Notes: generated from the letters alone by a model not told the origin. Shown: positions 29,180 through 38,921, counted from the first letter of the stretch. The stretch is DNA of 64,000 nucleotides from Candidatus Spongiisociaceae bacterium (GCA_965202665.1 OZ241841.1:2336001-2400000), one strand, 5' to 3'. A program made the numbers and translations.

Positions 29180-30285
29180 GCCGGGCCGGATGGGGGAGGG
29201 CCCTCGTCCTCCTGGCGATTCTGGCGGTGATCGCCGCCGCCTGCGGCTCCGGGGCCGCGCCCGAGTCGGCTTCTCCAACCGAAGCGGAGGCCCCGCCCGC
29301 CCCGGCGACGACCGCCGCCCCGCCCGCAACCACGGCGGACTCCGCGGCGCCGGGTTCAACCGCCGTTGCGCCCGAATCGCCCCAACCGGAAGTTTCCACT
29401 ACCCCCGCCCCCGCCCAACCCGAAGCCGAGGCCCCCGCCGAGGAAGCAACCGAGGATGTCCCCGCAACCACCGAAGCCCCTACCTCCACCACCGCAACGG
29501 AAACCACCGTCGCCGCGCCGGCCACTACATCGACCACCGCTACTTCCGCCGTCGCCTCCACCACCGCCGCGACGACCACCGCGGTGGTTTCCGCCGATCC
29601 CGATCCCACCACCACCGTTCCCGCAACCACCACGACCACTACGACCACGGCCGTCACCACCACGACCACGGCCGCCACCACTACCGTCGCAACCACCACT
29701 ACGACGACCGCTCCCACCACGACGACAACCACCACAACCACTACCGCTCCCGCCAGGACGACCACCACCAGGGCCGCCCCTGCCACCACCAGGGCCGCCC
29801 CTGCCACCACCAGGGCCGCGCCTACCACCACGACCACCACCACGCCTACCACCACGACCACCACCCGGCCCCGGCCGCAGGGTCCGGCCGCCCCGTCGGT
29901 GACGCTGGCCCTCGACGATGGTTCCACTTTTAGTTCAGCCAACGCCTCCCGGCCCATCCTCTACGTGTTCTGGGCGGAATGGTGACCGACCTGTCAGCGG
30001 GAGTTGCCCGCTGTGGACAATCTGGCGAGGGAGTACCGGGGGCGGGTGGACGTGATCGCGGTGGCCTGGAAAGCCTCCTACGACGACACGGCCTCCCGGG
30101 CCCGGAGCCTGCTGACCAGCGGCGCGGTGCGCTGGGGGCTGGACGAAGACCAGAGCATTTTCGGAGCGTTCGGTTTTTCCTACCAGCCCAATATGGCTTT
30201 GGTCAGCCAAGGCGTGCTGGTGAAAAAATGGATAGGGGCCGCCCCCATGCAGGATCTGCGGGCCGAAATAAACAATCTCTTGTGA
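29176..30285 (+). CDS. TlpA/thioredoxin-like lipoprotein selenoprotein 3 with long Thr/Ala/Pro stalk
   Basis: Lipobox AAAC; ~200-aa Thr-rich linker; in-frame TGA at 29983-29985; hairpin 29995-30013. Confidence 0.87.
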
Positions 30286-31499
30286 CAGCGCCACCCCCCA
30301 AAGTATTGGAGTCCCTCCCGCCGGCGGATGGACCCGCCGCGGACGGGGGCGGGACTCCCGAAGGAAACCCGCCGCTCCGGGTGGTCAAAGAGTTTTGGAC
30401 GGCCCGGCAAAGGCGGGGGCACAGCCTGCACGAGATAAGCTACCGGGCCTGTTTCAAGCCGCAACTGCCCGAATTTTTCATCGAAAAATACACCAGGCAG
30501 GGCGATTTGGTGGCGGACCCTTTTCTGGGACGGGGAACCACCCCGTTGCAAGCCCATCTGATGGATCGGCGGGCGGCGGGCAGCGACGTCAACCCGCTGT
30601 GCGTAATGCTGGCCCGCCCCCGGTTTGACCCGCCTCCCCTCCGCGAAGCGGAAGCCAGGTTGCGGGAAATCCTGGACGCCGGCGGCGATGTTGCGGACGC
30701 CGCCGCCCCCGAGGATGACCTGCTCGCCTTCTACCACCCGGACACCTTGTCGCAACTTTTGATCCTCCGGCGGTGGTTCATGGACCGGGAGCGGGAGGAC
30801 GGGTTGGATCGCACCGACGATTGGCTCCGCATGGTTTGCCTGAATCGCCTGAGCGGGCATTCGCCCGGGTTTTTCTCGGTGCGCACCATGCCGCCCAACC
30901 AGGCGGTGTCCGCCGAGTCGCAACGCCGCATCAACCAGCGGCAAGATCAAACCCCCGGCCCCAAGGACATCGTTGACATCGTGATGAGAAAATCCCGTTC
31001 GCTGTTGCGCACCGGATATCCCGCTCCGCAAACGCCGGCCCCTCCCATGTTGCGCACCGCCACCGCCGACCACCTCTTCTACCTAGCCGACGGCTCGGTT
31101 GATTTAGTAGTCACTTCTCCCCCTTTTCTCAACATTGTGGACTACCGCAAAGACAATTGGCTACGGTGTTGGTTCGCAGGCGTTGATGTTAGCGAAGTTC
31201 AAATAAGCGGTTTTTCCTCGGTCACCGAATGGAGGGGTTTTGTCCGCAACGCCCTGCGGGAAATGTCCCGGGTGGTGCGAGCGGGCGGCCACATAGCGTT
31301 TGAGGTGGGGGAGGTGCGCAACGGAGAGGTGCTGCTAGAAGAACAAGTGCTACAAGCATCGGAAGGGTTGCCCCTGATACCACGCGAGGTGCTGGTCAAC
31401 CAACAAAATTTCACAAAAACCTCCAACCTGTGGGGCGTAGACAACAACAACGGCGGCACCAACACCAACCGAGTAGTGCTTCTACAAAGAGCAAACTAA
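30282..31499 (+). CDS. Amino-DNA methyltransferase (probably m4C; motif I before motif IV)
   Basis: DPFLGRGTT followed by VTSPPF; GTGA overlap with the upstream gene. Confidence 0.85.
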   Translation: MTAPPPKVLESLPPADGPAADGGGTPEGNPPLRVVKEFWTARQRRGHSLHEISYRACFKPQLPEFFIEKYTRQGDLVADPFLGRGTTPLQAHLMDRRAAGSDVNPLCVMLARPRFDPPPLREAEARLREILDAGGDVADAAAPEDDLLAFYHPDTLSQLLILRRWFMDREREDGLDRTDDWLRMVCLNRLSGHSPGFFSVRTMPPNQAVSAESQRRINQRQDQTPGPKDIVDIVMRKSRSLLRTGYPAPQTPAPPMLRTATADHLFYLADGSVDLVVTSPPFLNIVDYRKDNWLRCWFAGVDVSEVQISGFSSVTEWRGFVRNALREMSRVVRAGGHIAFEVGEVRNGEVLLEEQVLQASEGLPLIPREVLVNQQNFTKTSNLWGVDNNNGGTNTNRVVLLQRAN

Positions 31500-32119
31500 T
31501 GACTACTAAGCCTTTCTATCAAGTTATCAAACACCTCACAGGATATAAGGTGTTTCCTTTGGCTAACGCTGATTTGGCTAACGCTGATTTGGCTAACGCT
31601 GATTCAGATTCGCCTGTTATCGATACGTTGCAACTCGTTGCGGATACGGTTGCTGAAGATATAACGCTAAACCCTATCACAAGGCCGCGTCCCAATGAAG
31701 TTGGCAATGACGTGAAGAAAAGAGTTGGTAAAGTATTAAAAGCAGAAAATAAAGTTAACATTATCCCTATGGCTAAAAAGGCAGATTATCTAGAGCCAGC
31801 AGGTTATCCAGATTTCAAGATTCGTATTGCTGACGAAATATATTTTTTGGAATGCAAGACCTTTCAATCTGACCAAAAGAAAAAATCAATGAGAAGTTTT
31901 TATTGTTCTGATGGTCCCTCTATACGAGAAAAAATTAACTGCGATGCTATTCATATTTTGATGTCCTTTGAAATGAGAAATCAAGGGAATAAATATACTC
32001 CGCTATCTTATAGATTGGTTGATTTATATGATTTGCCTTGCACGCTCAAAAAGGAGTGGAATTCAAGCAATACAGAATTATACGCGTCGGGCAGAATTTT
32101 AGCTAAAAAGAATGTATAG
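31499..32119 (+). CDS. PD-(D/E)xK restriction endonuclease-like protein
   Basis: GYPDFKI...FLECKT; AT-rich; overlaps the MTase stop. Confidence 0.75.
   Translation: MTTKPFYQVIKHLTGYKVFPLANADLANADLANADSDSPVIDTLQLVADTVAEDITLNPITRPRPNEVGNDVKKRVGKVLKAENKVNIIPMAKKADYLEPAGYPDFKIRIADEIYFLECKTFQSDQKKKSMRSFYCSDGPSIREKINCDAIHILMSFEMRNQGNKYTPLSYRLVDLYDLPCTLKKEWNSSNTELYASGRILAKKNV
31558..31603 (+). repeat. 15-bp tandem repeat x3 (TTTGGCTAACGCTGA; LANAD x3)
   Basis: Directly visible in the sequence. Confidence 0.9.
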
Positions 32120-32157
32120 ATTTCCTTAGCTGGGTTTGGTGGGGAAGGAGGCGGGGG

Positions 32158-32754
32158 TTAGGGTTGGTCGGGGTTTTGGCGGTATTCGCCTACCTGCCGG
32201 GCTTCCACCGTGGCCCCGGCCAGGATTTCCTCTACGGCGGAGCTTAGGGTGAGCGCGTCGGTTTCGCCTATGAGTTTTCCAACCACCATCCCGTCTCGCA
32301 GGAAAATCGTTTCCGGGATTCCGAACACCCCCAGCTCGATGGCCGCCCGGGAGCCGGGGTCGGTCAAATAAAGAGTGTTCCCCCCCCGGCCCGCCTCGTC
32401 CAGGTAGTCCCGGGCTTCCTCCGCGGATTCCAAGAAAACAATCCCCAGGAAACGCACCGACCGGTCGGCGTAAGCCTCCGCCGCGGCTATCAAATCGGCG
32501 TGTTCGTTGCGGCACTGCAGGCACCAGGAGGCGAAAAAGTTGACCGCCGTCGCCCGGTGGGCGGCCGCCTCCGACCGCAGGTTGACCGGCTCCCCCCCGT
32601 CCAGGGAGGGCAGGGTCAGGTCGGGGACGGCCACCCCCACCACCGGCGAAAGCTCCTGTTCGGCGTTGAAATCGAAGTTGGAGGCCAGCACCGCCGCCGC
32701 CAAACCGATGACCGCCAGCCCGCCCCCCAGCAGAAACAGCCCTTTGCGGCTCAT
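32158..32754 (-). CDS. ccmG: Thiol:disulfide oxidoreductase CcmG/DsbE
   Basis: NFFASWCLQC, GVFGIPET; last gene of the ccm operon. Confidence 0.85.
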   Translation of the reverse strand: MSRKGLFLLGGGLAVIGLAAAVLASNFDFNAEQELSPVVGVAVPDLTLPSLDGGEPVNLRSEAAAHRATAVNFFASWCLQCRNEHADLIAAAEAYADRSVRFLGIVFLESAEEARDYLDEAGRGGNTLYLTDPGSRAAIELGVFGIPETIFLRDGMVVGKLIGETDALTLSSAVEEILAGATVEARQVGEYRQNPDQP

Positions 32755-33524
32755 CCCCCGTCCTCCGCGCGGGCGCGGGCCGACTCCGCCGCCTCTTCCA
32801 CTATGGGACGCAAATCGTCGGGCAACTCCCCGCCCGCCAACAGGGGCTCCAGTTGCCGCAACGCCCCCTCCGGGTCGTCTTCTTCCAGCAGGAGCAGTCC
32901 CAGGAAAAGGCGGGTCTCCCCGTAGCCGGGGTCCGTCGCCTGCGCTTCGTCCAGGTAGCGCCGGGCGACATCGGGCGCTCCGGACTGATGGCTCATCCAC
33001 CCCACCCGGGCCAGCGCCCGCGCCCGCCGGGCGGCGTCCAAGGTTCCTTCCAAAGCCCCCAGATAGTGGGGGAGGGCGGTGGAGAAATCCCTCACCTCGA
33101 AGTAGCGGTCGGCCAAGGCCAGCCGCATCCCGGCTATTTCCGGCAGGTCCGGGTTGGCGGCGATCACCGCTTCCATCTGCGCATTGGTGACCTGCGCCAA
33201 ATCCACCGGTTCCCCGCCGGGCGGCCCGCCCGCCCGGTCTCCTATCCCCACCGCCAGCCACGCCCCGGCCGCGGCCGCCGCGAACAGCCCTACCAGAATC
33301 ACCGTCCCGGCGATGACCCGGCTCCGGGACGGCCCCGATGGCTTTTCCCGCGGAGGGCCGCCCGCTTCCCCGGCCAGCGAGGCCAGTTCCGCCCGGTAGC
33401 GGGCGGTGAGCAGGTCGGCGGTTTCCCGGTCCAGTTCCCCTTCGTCCAGTTGGCGCGCCACGTCGGCGATGTCGGCCCGGATGAGCTTTTCCCGCCCGGG
33501 GTCGGCGGCGGGCCGTTCAGTCAT
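32751..33524 (-). CDS. ccmI: CcmI/CycH-like TPR protein
   Basis: DV..QLDEGELD..A..L..RY, TM helix, TPR-like helices; operon context. Confidence 0.7.
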   Translation of the reverse strand: MTERPAADPGREKLIRADIADVARQLDEGELDRETADLLTARYRAELASLAGEAGGPPREKPSGPSRSRVIAGTVILVGLFAAAAAGAWLAVGIGDRAGGPPGGEPVDLAQVTNAQMEAVIAANPDLPEIAGMRLALADRYFEVRDFSTALPHYLGALEGTLDAARRARALARVGWMSHQSGAPDVARRYLDEAQATDPGYGETRLFLGLLLLEEDDPEGALRQLEPLLAGGELPDDLRPIVEEAAESARARAEDGG

Positions 33525-33948
33525 CGGGGTTTCCGCCGGGAGGGACCGGTTGCGGGCGGCGGAGGCGGCGGGCGATGAGCAAAGCCCCCGCCCCGGCGGC
33601 CGCCGCGGGCAGGATCCACAGCAACAAAGTCCCCCCCGCGAACGGGGGATCCAGCCGGATGCCCGCAAAGCGCTGTTCCAAGTGGTCCAGAATTTGTTCG
33701 TCCGACCATCCGTCGCCTACCCGGGCCGCCACGAGGTCCATCATATCCCGGGCGTACTGGGCGGGGGAGTCGGCGATGGATTCCCCTTGGCACACCGGGC
33801 ACCGGATGCGCGCCCCCAGGGCCGCCACCCGGTCCGCCTCCCCCGGCTCCCCGGTTATCAGGGCCCAGGCCACCACCCCCGCCAGCCCCAAAGCGAGGGC
33901 CCCGGCCAGCAGGCGGGACGGGCGGCGGGCGGCGGGCCGTTCAGGCAT
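33517..33948 (-). CDS. ccmH: Cytochrome c biogenesis protein CcmH
   Basis: IRCPVCQGESIADS, LLLWILP. Confidence 0.92.
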   Translation of the reverse strand: MPERPAARRPSRLLAGALALGLAGVVAWALITGEPGEADRVAALGARIRCPVCQGESIADSPAQYARDMMDLVAARVGDGWSDEQILDHLEQRFAGIRLDPPFAGGTLLLWILPAAAAGAGALLIARRLRRPQPVPPGGNPDD

Positions 33949-36010
33949 CGGCCTTCTCCCGGCGCCGGGGGCGGTCCCCGGCCGGGGCGGGACGGCGCGC
34001 GGCCAGCAGCGAAACCCCGGCCCCGGCGGCGGTGATCAGCCCGCCCGTCCACACCATCCACTGCAGGGGGTAAACCCACACGTCGGCGGCCAGCCCCCCG
34101 CTGTCCAAACGGGTGAGCGACACGTACAAATCCCGGCTGAAAGTGGAGTGGACGGCGGGGGTGACGATGGGGCTGGCCGAGTTGGGGTAGAGGTTGAGCC
34201 GGGGGGAAAGGGTCGCCACCCGCCGCCCGTCCCTGGTCACTTCGATCCGGGCCCCCACCGCCGACCTGTTCGATTCGGCGCGGGTGAACGGGGAGGCGTA
34301 TTCCAGTTCGTATCCGGCCAGGCGGGCCGTTTCCCCCGGGGCCAGCTGCATCTGGCCGCTGGTGGACAGGTTGGCGGAGGCGGCTATGCCGATGGCCAGC
34401 GCCGCCACCCCCAGGTGGGCGATTTGCCCGCCCCAGAAGCCGGGGTCGGCCCCCGCCAGCCGGAGCAGGGCCGTCCCCGCCCGCTCCCCGGTTTTGCGGC
34501 GCCGGGCCCGTATCAGGGAGTCCAGATGGCGGACGATGGCCGCCGCCGCCAAGCTGGTGAGAAAAGCGACGATGATCACGTGCCGGTTGCGGGTGGCCAG
34601 AAGCGCGGTGGCCGCCGTAACCGCCAGGGCGGCCAGCAACGGGAGGCGCAGGCGCTCCCACATCACCCGCGGGCGGGCCGTCCGGTAGGGGGTGACCGGC
34701 CCCAGTCCCATCGCCAGCAGCAACCCGTAGGAGAGGGGGACGGCCCACCGGTCGAAGAAAGGCCGCCCCACCCCCACCGCGGCGTCGGCGAAGGCTTCGG
34801 CGGCCAAAGGAAACAGGGTGCCGGCCAGCACCGCGAAGGCGAACACCGACAGGAGCAGGTTGTTGAGCAGAAAAGCCCCTTCCCGGCTGACCAGGGAGTC
34901 CAGGCGGGGGGAGTCCCCGATGCGGTGCGCCCGGGACGCCAGCAGGGCCAGGGAGCCGGCCAAAACGGCGATGAGGAAACCCAAAATAATGGGCCCGATG
35001 GCCGACTGGGTGAAACTGTGCACCGAAGCCACCACCCCGGAGCGGGTGAGGAAAGTCCCCAGGATGGTGGCTGCGAACACGCCGATGGCCAGCACGTAGT
35101 TCCAAGAAGACAGCACCCCCCGGCGCGACTGCACCACCGCCGAATGGAGGAAGGCGGTGGCCAGCAGCCAGGGAATGAAAGAGGCGTTTTCCACCGGATC
35201 CCACGCCCAGTAGCCGCCCCATCCCAGCACCTCGTAGCTCCACCATCCGCCCAGCACGATGCCGGCGGTGAGAAAAGACCAAGCCCCCAACGTCCAGCGG
35301 CGGGTGATTTTCACCCAGGAACGGTCGGCGGCGGCCCCCGGGCGGGCGGAGGCCAGGGAGGACATGGCGATGGCGAACGGAACCGACATTCCCACATATC
35401 CGAGGTAAAGGACGGGGGGGTGGACGATCATCAGAAAATGGTTCTGCAGCAGCGGGTTGGCCCCCCGCCCGTTCAGGGGGGCGTCGGCCGCCGACCAGGG
35501 GGCCCAGGCGGTTACGGCGCACCCCGCCCCTTCCGGGCCCGCCGCCGCGCACACCGCGAAAGGGTTGGCGGCGGTGGCCATCAACCCGAACCAGAATAAG
35601 GCGATCATTCCCAGCGCCGACAGGGCTCCCGCCCCCAGCCCGCCTGCTTCGGCGCGGAGCAGGGAACGGTGGAAAAACCAGATGTATCCGGCCAGCACCA
35701 GCCCCCACAGCACGATGGAGCCTTCCAGGGCGGCCCATCCGGCGGCGATGGCGTAGGGGAGGGGGGTTCCGGTGCGGTGATTGTCGGCGACGTAGGCCAG
35801 GTTGTAAGAGTCGGCAAGCAGGCCCGCTTCCAGGACCAGCATGGCGGCGACCGCCCCGAAGACCAGGACCCGCACCGCCGGGGCGAGGCGGGCGGGGTCG
35901 GTCGGCCTGCCCCGCAGGGCCGGAAATCCCCGCAAGGCCAGCATCAGGGCCCCTCCCAGGGCGGTCAGTATCGAACCCAGCCCCAGCCAGGGAAGAAGAA
36001 CGGCCAACAT
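33941..36010 (-). CDS. ccmF: Heme lyase CcmF
   Basis: WSYEVLGWGGYWAWDPVENAS, HPP, GTFLTRSG..SVHSF. Confidence 0.96.
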   Translation of the reverse strand: MLAVLLPWLGLGSILTALGGALMLALRGFPALRGRPTDPARLAPAVRVLVFGAVAAMLVLEAGLLADSYNLAYVADNHRTGTPLPYAIAAGWAALEGSIVLWGLVLAGYIWFFHRSLLRAEAGGLGAGALSALGMIALFWFGLMATAANPFAVCAAAGPEGAGCAVTAWAPWSAADAPLNGRGANPLLQNHFLMIVHPPVLYLGYVGMSVPFAIAMSSLASARPGAAADRSWVKITRRWTLGAWSFLTAGIVLGGWWSYEVLGWGGYWAWDPVENASFIPWLLATAFLHSAVVQSRRGVLSSWNYVLAIGVFAATILGTFLTRSGVVASVHSFTQSAIGPIILGFLIAVLAGSLALLASRAHRIGDSPRLDSLVSREGAFLLNNLLLSVFAFAVLAGTLFPLAAEAFADAAVGVGRPFFDRWAVPLSYGLLLAMGLGPVTPYRTARPRVMWERLRLPLLAALAVTAATALLATRNRHVIIVAFLTSLAAAAIVRHLDSLIRARRRKTGERAGTALLRLAGADPGFWGGQIAHLGVAALAIGIAASANLSTSGQMQLAPGETARLAGYELEYASPFTRAESNRSAVGARIEVTRDGRRVATLSPRLNLYPNSASPIVTPAVHSTFSRDLYVSLTRLDSGGLAADVWVYPLQWMVWTGGLITAAGAGVSLLAARRPAPAGDRPRRREKADA

Positions 36011-36014
36011 ATCG

Positions 36015-36428
36015 CTACGTCCCACCGTTGGGGACTTGGTAGGGGCCGTCGCCGTCCGGCGCCCGGTACTGTTCATCGTGGTTGACCAGCAACAGGTCAG
36101 AGTGGAACTCCCCTCCCCGCCAGGCCCCCTCCACCACCACCCCCACCCCTTCGCGGAAAAGTTGCGGGGGGGCTCCGGAGTGCACCACGGTAATGGAGGC
36201 CGCCCCGTCCCCGACGGCGAACACCGCCCCGTTTTCCCGCTGGACGACGCTCCCCGTCTCCACCAGTCCGCCCAGCCGGAACCGCTCCCCGTCCTCCCGG
36301 GGCCGTTCCACCGCTTCGCTGGGAGTCAGGTAATAAACCAGGTTGTCGCCCAGGCCGGTCCAAATCAGGTATGCGATCGCCGCCGCCAGCGCCCCCAGGC
36401 ACAGGAGCAAAAAGCGCCGGTTGATCAT
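36015..36428 (-). CDS. ccmE: Heme chaperone CcmE
   Basis: YYLTPSE, RLGGLV, PQLFREG.GVVVEG, NHDEQY. Confidence 0.93.
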   Translation of the reverse strand: MINRRFLLLCLGALAAAIAYLIWTGLGDNLVYYLTPSEAVERPREDGERFRLGGLVETGSVVQRENGAVFAVGDGAASITVVHSGAPPQLFREGVGVVVEGAWRGGEFHSDLLLVNHDEQYRAPDGDGPYQVPNGGT

Positions 36429-36556
36429 CTTTCCGAATCGGCAGGGGGCGATTCCGGCCGGGGGAGCGCCCGTCCCAGCCGGACCAGGTGGATCACGTAG
36501 GCGGCCAACCCTCCGAAGACGGCCAGATACCCCGAAATCACCCAGCAGTTATCCAC
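36425..36556 (-). CDS. ccmD: CcmD-like 43-aa membrane peptide (not in ORF track)
   Basis: MDNCWVISGYLAVFGGLAAYVIHLVRLGR...; overlaps the ccmC stop and ccmE start. Confidence 0.7.
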   Translation of the reverse strand: MDNCWVISGYLAVFGGLAAYVIHLVRLGRALPRPESPPADSER

Positions 36557-37283
36557 CGGCGACCCCTCCCGGATTTCCCAATTCGGGGGCGGCCACCGCC
36601 CGCCCGGCCGGTTCCGAAGAGACGGCCGCTTCCTCCCAGGCGGCTTCCCGTCGGGCCAAATCCAAGCGGACGGCCAGCAACGAGGCGAACAGGAAAAGAA
36701 AAGCCAGGATCATCACCCCCAGCGCCCGCCCGTACACCGGGTCGATGGGGGCGGCTCCCAAGTCGGGGCGGAGAATGGTCGGGCCCTGATGCAAAGTTCG
36801 GAACCACTGCACCGAAAAATGCACGATGGGCACTTGCGCGAAGGCGATCAGTGCCAGCGCCGAACAACGCACCGCCCGCCGCTCCGGGTCGGTCACCGAG
36901 CGGCGCAGGGCCAGATAGGACAGGCAGAAGAAAAACAGGACGGCGGTGGACATCATCCGGGCGTCCCCCCAGTCCCACCACACCCCCCAGGTGGGCCGCC
37001 CCCAGATCATCCCGGTGAGCAGGGTCAGGCCGGTGAAAACGGTCCCGATTTCCACCGCCGAGGCGGAAACCCGGTCGGCGGCGGGGGAGCGGCGGATGAT
37101 GTAGAAGAGAGCGGCCGCCATTCCCGTCGCCAGGGCGGCGTAGGCGGCGATCACCGTCGGAACGTGCACGAACAGCAACCGCCCCAGGTCGCCCTGGGTT
37201 TCCTCGGCCGGGGCGGCGGCGGCCAAGGCCAGCCCGGCTCCCAGCGACAGGGCGGTGATGACGTGCAAGATGCGCCGGGTCAT
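36549..37283 (-). CDS. ccmC: Heme exporter CcmC
   Basis: HVP, WGRPTWGVWWDWGDAR (WWD domain), SVQWFRTLHQ. Confidence 0.93.
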   Translation of the reverse strand: MTRRILHVITALSLGAGLALAAAAPAEETQGDLGRLLFVHVPTVIAAYAALATGMAAALFYIIRRSPAADRVSASAVEIGTVFTGLTLLTGMIWGRPTWGVWWDWGDARMMSTAVLFFFCLSYLALRRSVTDPERRAVRCSALALIAFAQVPIVHFSVQWFRTLHQGPTILRPDLGAAPIDPVYGRALGVMILAFLFLFASLLAVRLDLARREAAWEEAAVSSEPAGRAVAAPELGNPGGVAGG

Positions 37284-37319
37284 AGTCGGGCTTCCGTTTT
37301 TCCTCAGCGGGTCGGTTTG

Positions 37320-38009
37320 CTATCCGGCGGCTTCCTCCAACGGGTGGGACAGCAAAATTCCGGCGATGGCCAGAGCCAGGTCCATTCCCGCCAGCAGGAG
37401 CAACCATAGGATGATGTTACCGCCCCCGCCGAGGGCCGCGTTCGTCCCGGACGCCCCCGCCAGCAACACCGGGGCCGCCAAAGGCGTCGCCAGCAGAGGG
37501 GCGAGGGCGGTGCGGGCGCGCAGTCCGGCGGTCAGGGCGGCCGCCGCGGTCCCCAGCAGGGCGATCCCCAGGGCGGCCAAGACGGTGAGGGCGGCCAGGG
37601 CGGGCCATTCCGCCGGGTCGGGGGCCCGTTCGGGGGAGTAAAACACGACCATCACCGGCGTCAAAATCAGGGCGAATCCGCACAGCAGGACGCCGGAGGC
37701 CAGGCTGCGCCCGATGAAGGCGGGGGCGGGATGCAGTCCGCTCAGGCGGAGCAAATCCCGGACGGGCGGGGGGTCCGCGGCCGTGGAGCGGACGGCGATG
37801 GTCGTTCCGAACAGGAGCATCACCAGCCACAGCATTCCCGGTCCGATGCGCCGCAACATTCCGGCTTCGGTTCCGATGGCCAACGGGGCCAGCAACAGGG
37901 CCAGGGCCCCGAACGGGGCGATCATCCACAGGGCTTCCCCCGCCCGCAGTTCCACCCGCAGGTCTTTGCGCAACGTCCACAGGACCTGCCGCCAGAAACG
38001 GGGGGCCAT
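37320..38009 (-). CDS. ccmB: Heme exporter CcmB
   Basis: LRKDLRVELR, PGMLW, LAPLLATPLAAPVLL. Confidence 0.85.
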   Translation of the reverse strand: MAPRFWRQVLWTLRKDLRVELRAGEALWMIAPFGALALLLAPLAIGTEAGMLRRIGPGMLWLVMLLFGTTIAVRSTAADPPPVRDLLRLSGLHPAPAFIGRSLASGVLLCGFALILTPVMVVFYSPERAPDPAEWPALAALTVLAALGIALLGTAAAALTAGLRARTALAPLLATPLAAPVLLAGASGTNAALGGGGNIILWLLLLAGMDLALAIAGILLSHPLEEAAG

Positions 38010-38677
38010 CAGGCGGCGGCGGGAGGGTCGGCCAAAGTTCCGTCTTCCACGCTCACGGCGCGGGTGAGCAGGGGGGCAATCCGGCGGGGGTCGTGGGAGA
38101 CCAGCACCGCCGCCCCGCCCGCCTGCAAGGTTCGGTTCACCGCCAGTTCCACCAGCGGGGCGGAGGCGGCGTCCAGGCCGGCGTGCGGTTCGTCCAACAA
38201 CAACAGCCGGGGGGTCCAGGTCAGCAGGCGGGCGAATTCGGCCCGGCGCCGCATGCCCGCCGAGCAGTCCCCCGCCCGCCGGTGGGCCGCCTCCGCCAGC
38301 CCCGCCGTCCGCAACGGGTCGGGAGGGGGGGAGGGGGGGAGGGGGCCGCGCAACCGGTGGATTATTTCCAGGTTTTCCCGCAGGGTGAGTTCCGGCCACA
38401 GGGCCGGGACATGGCCGATGAGGGCGATGCGGCGGCGGATGGAGGCCGTCCGGTCGGGGTCGGAGTGGCCGGTCAGTCCCAAAATGTCATAGCGTCCGGA
38501 GGAGGGTTTGACGAGGGCGGCCAGCAACCGGAGCAAGGTGGTTTTCCCCGCCCCGTTGGGGCCGGAAACGCCCAGCGCCTCGCCCGGATGCAGGACGAGG
38601 GCCAGGTCGCGCAGGATCACCGTGCGTGCGGTGCGATATGAGACATCCTGCAGGGAAACCAACGGGGGAGCGGCCAC
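38009..38677 (-). CDS. ccmA: Heme ABC exporter ATPase CcmA
   Basis: GPNGAGKTT, SAGMRRR, LLLDEP; TACACT -10 lies 7 nt before the GTG (leaderless). Confidence 0.88.
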   Translation of the reverse strand: MAAPPLVSLQDVSYRTARTVILRDLALVLHPGEALGVSGPNGAGKTTLLRLLAALVKPSSGRYDILGLTGHSDPDRTASIRRRIALIGHVPALWPELTLRENLEIIHRLRGPLPPSPPPDPLRTAGLAEAAHRRAGDCSAGMRRRAEFARLLTWTPRLLLLDEPHAGLDAASAPLVELAVNRTLQAGGAAVLVSHDPRRIAPLLTRAVSVEDGTLADPPAAA

Positions 38678-38921
38678 CTAGCGGAGTGTAGAGGGTGTCG
38701 CCGCCCGCAGGCGCGCATTGGGCGGCGATGAGGGGCGCCGATCGGGGCGGGGTGCCTGTCATCCGGTCCGATTTTCCCAGGTGAGAGGGGTTTTTCGCTA
38801 TTTTTGCATGATGTTTGTAGAAGGGGGTTGTTTTTTGTCATTGTTTTAGGTTATATTAGTAGGTAATGATACGGCGCGGGCGAAATCCCGTGTATACTGG
38901 CCGAGAGCAAAGGAGCATGCC

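Noticed and set aside
27555-29985. Nonsense-mutation pseudogenes at the three TGA codons
   Set aside because: The TGA is at the same catalytic position in three diverged paralogs with a conserved downstream hairpin, so selenocysteine is far more parsimonious.
33575-35738. 674-aa and 626-aa ORFs over ccmF
   Set aside because: Shadow frames with Arg/Gly/Pro-rich composition.
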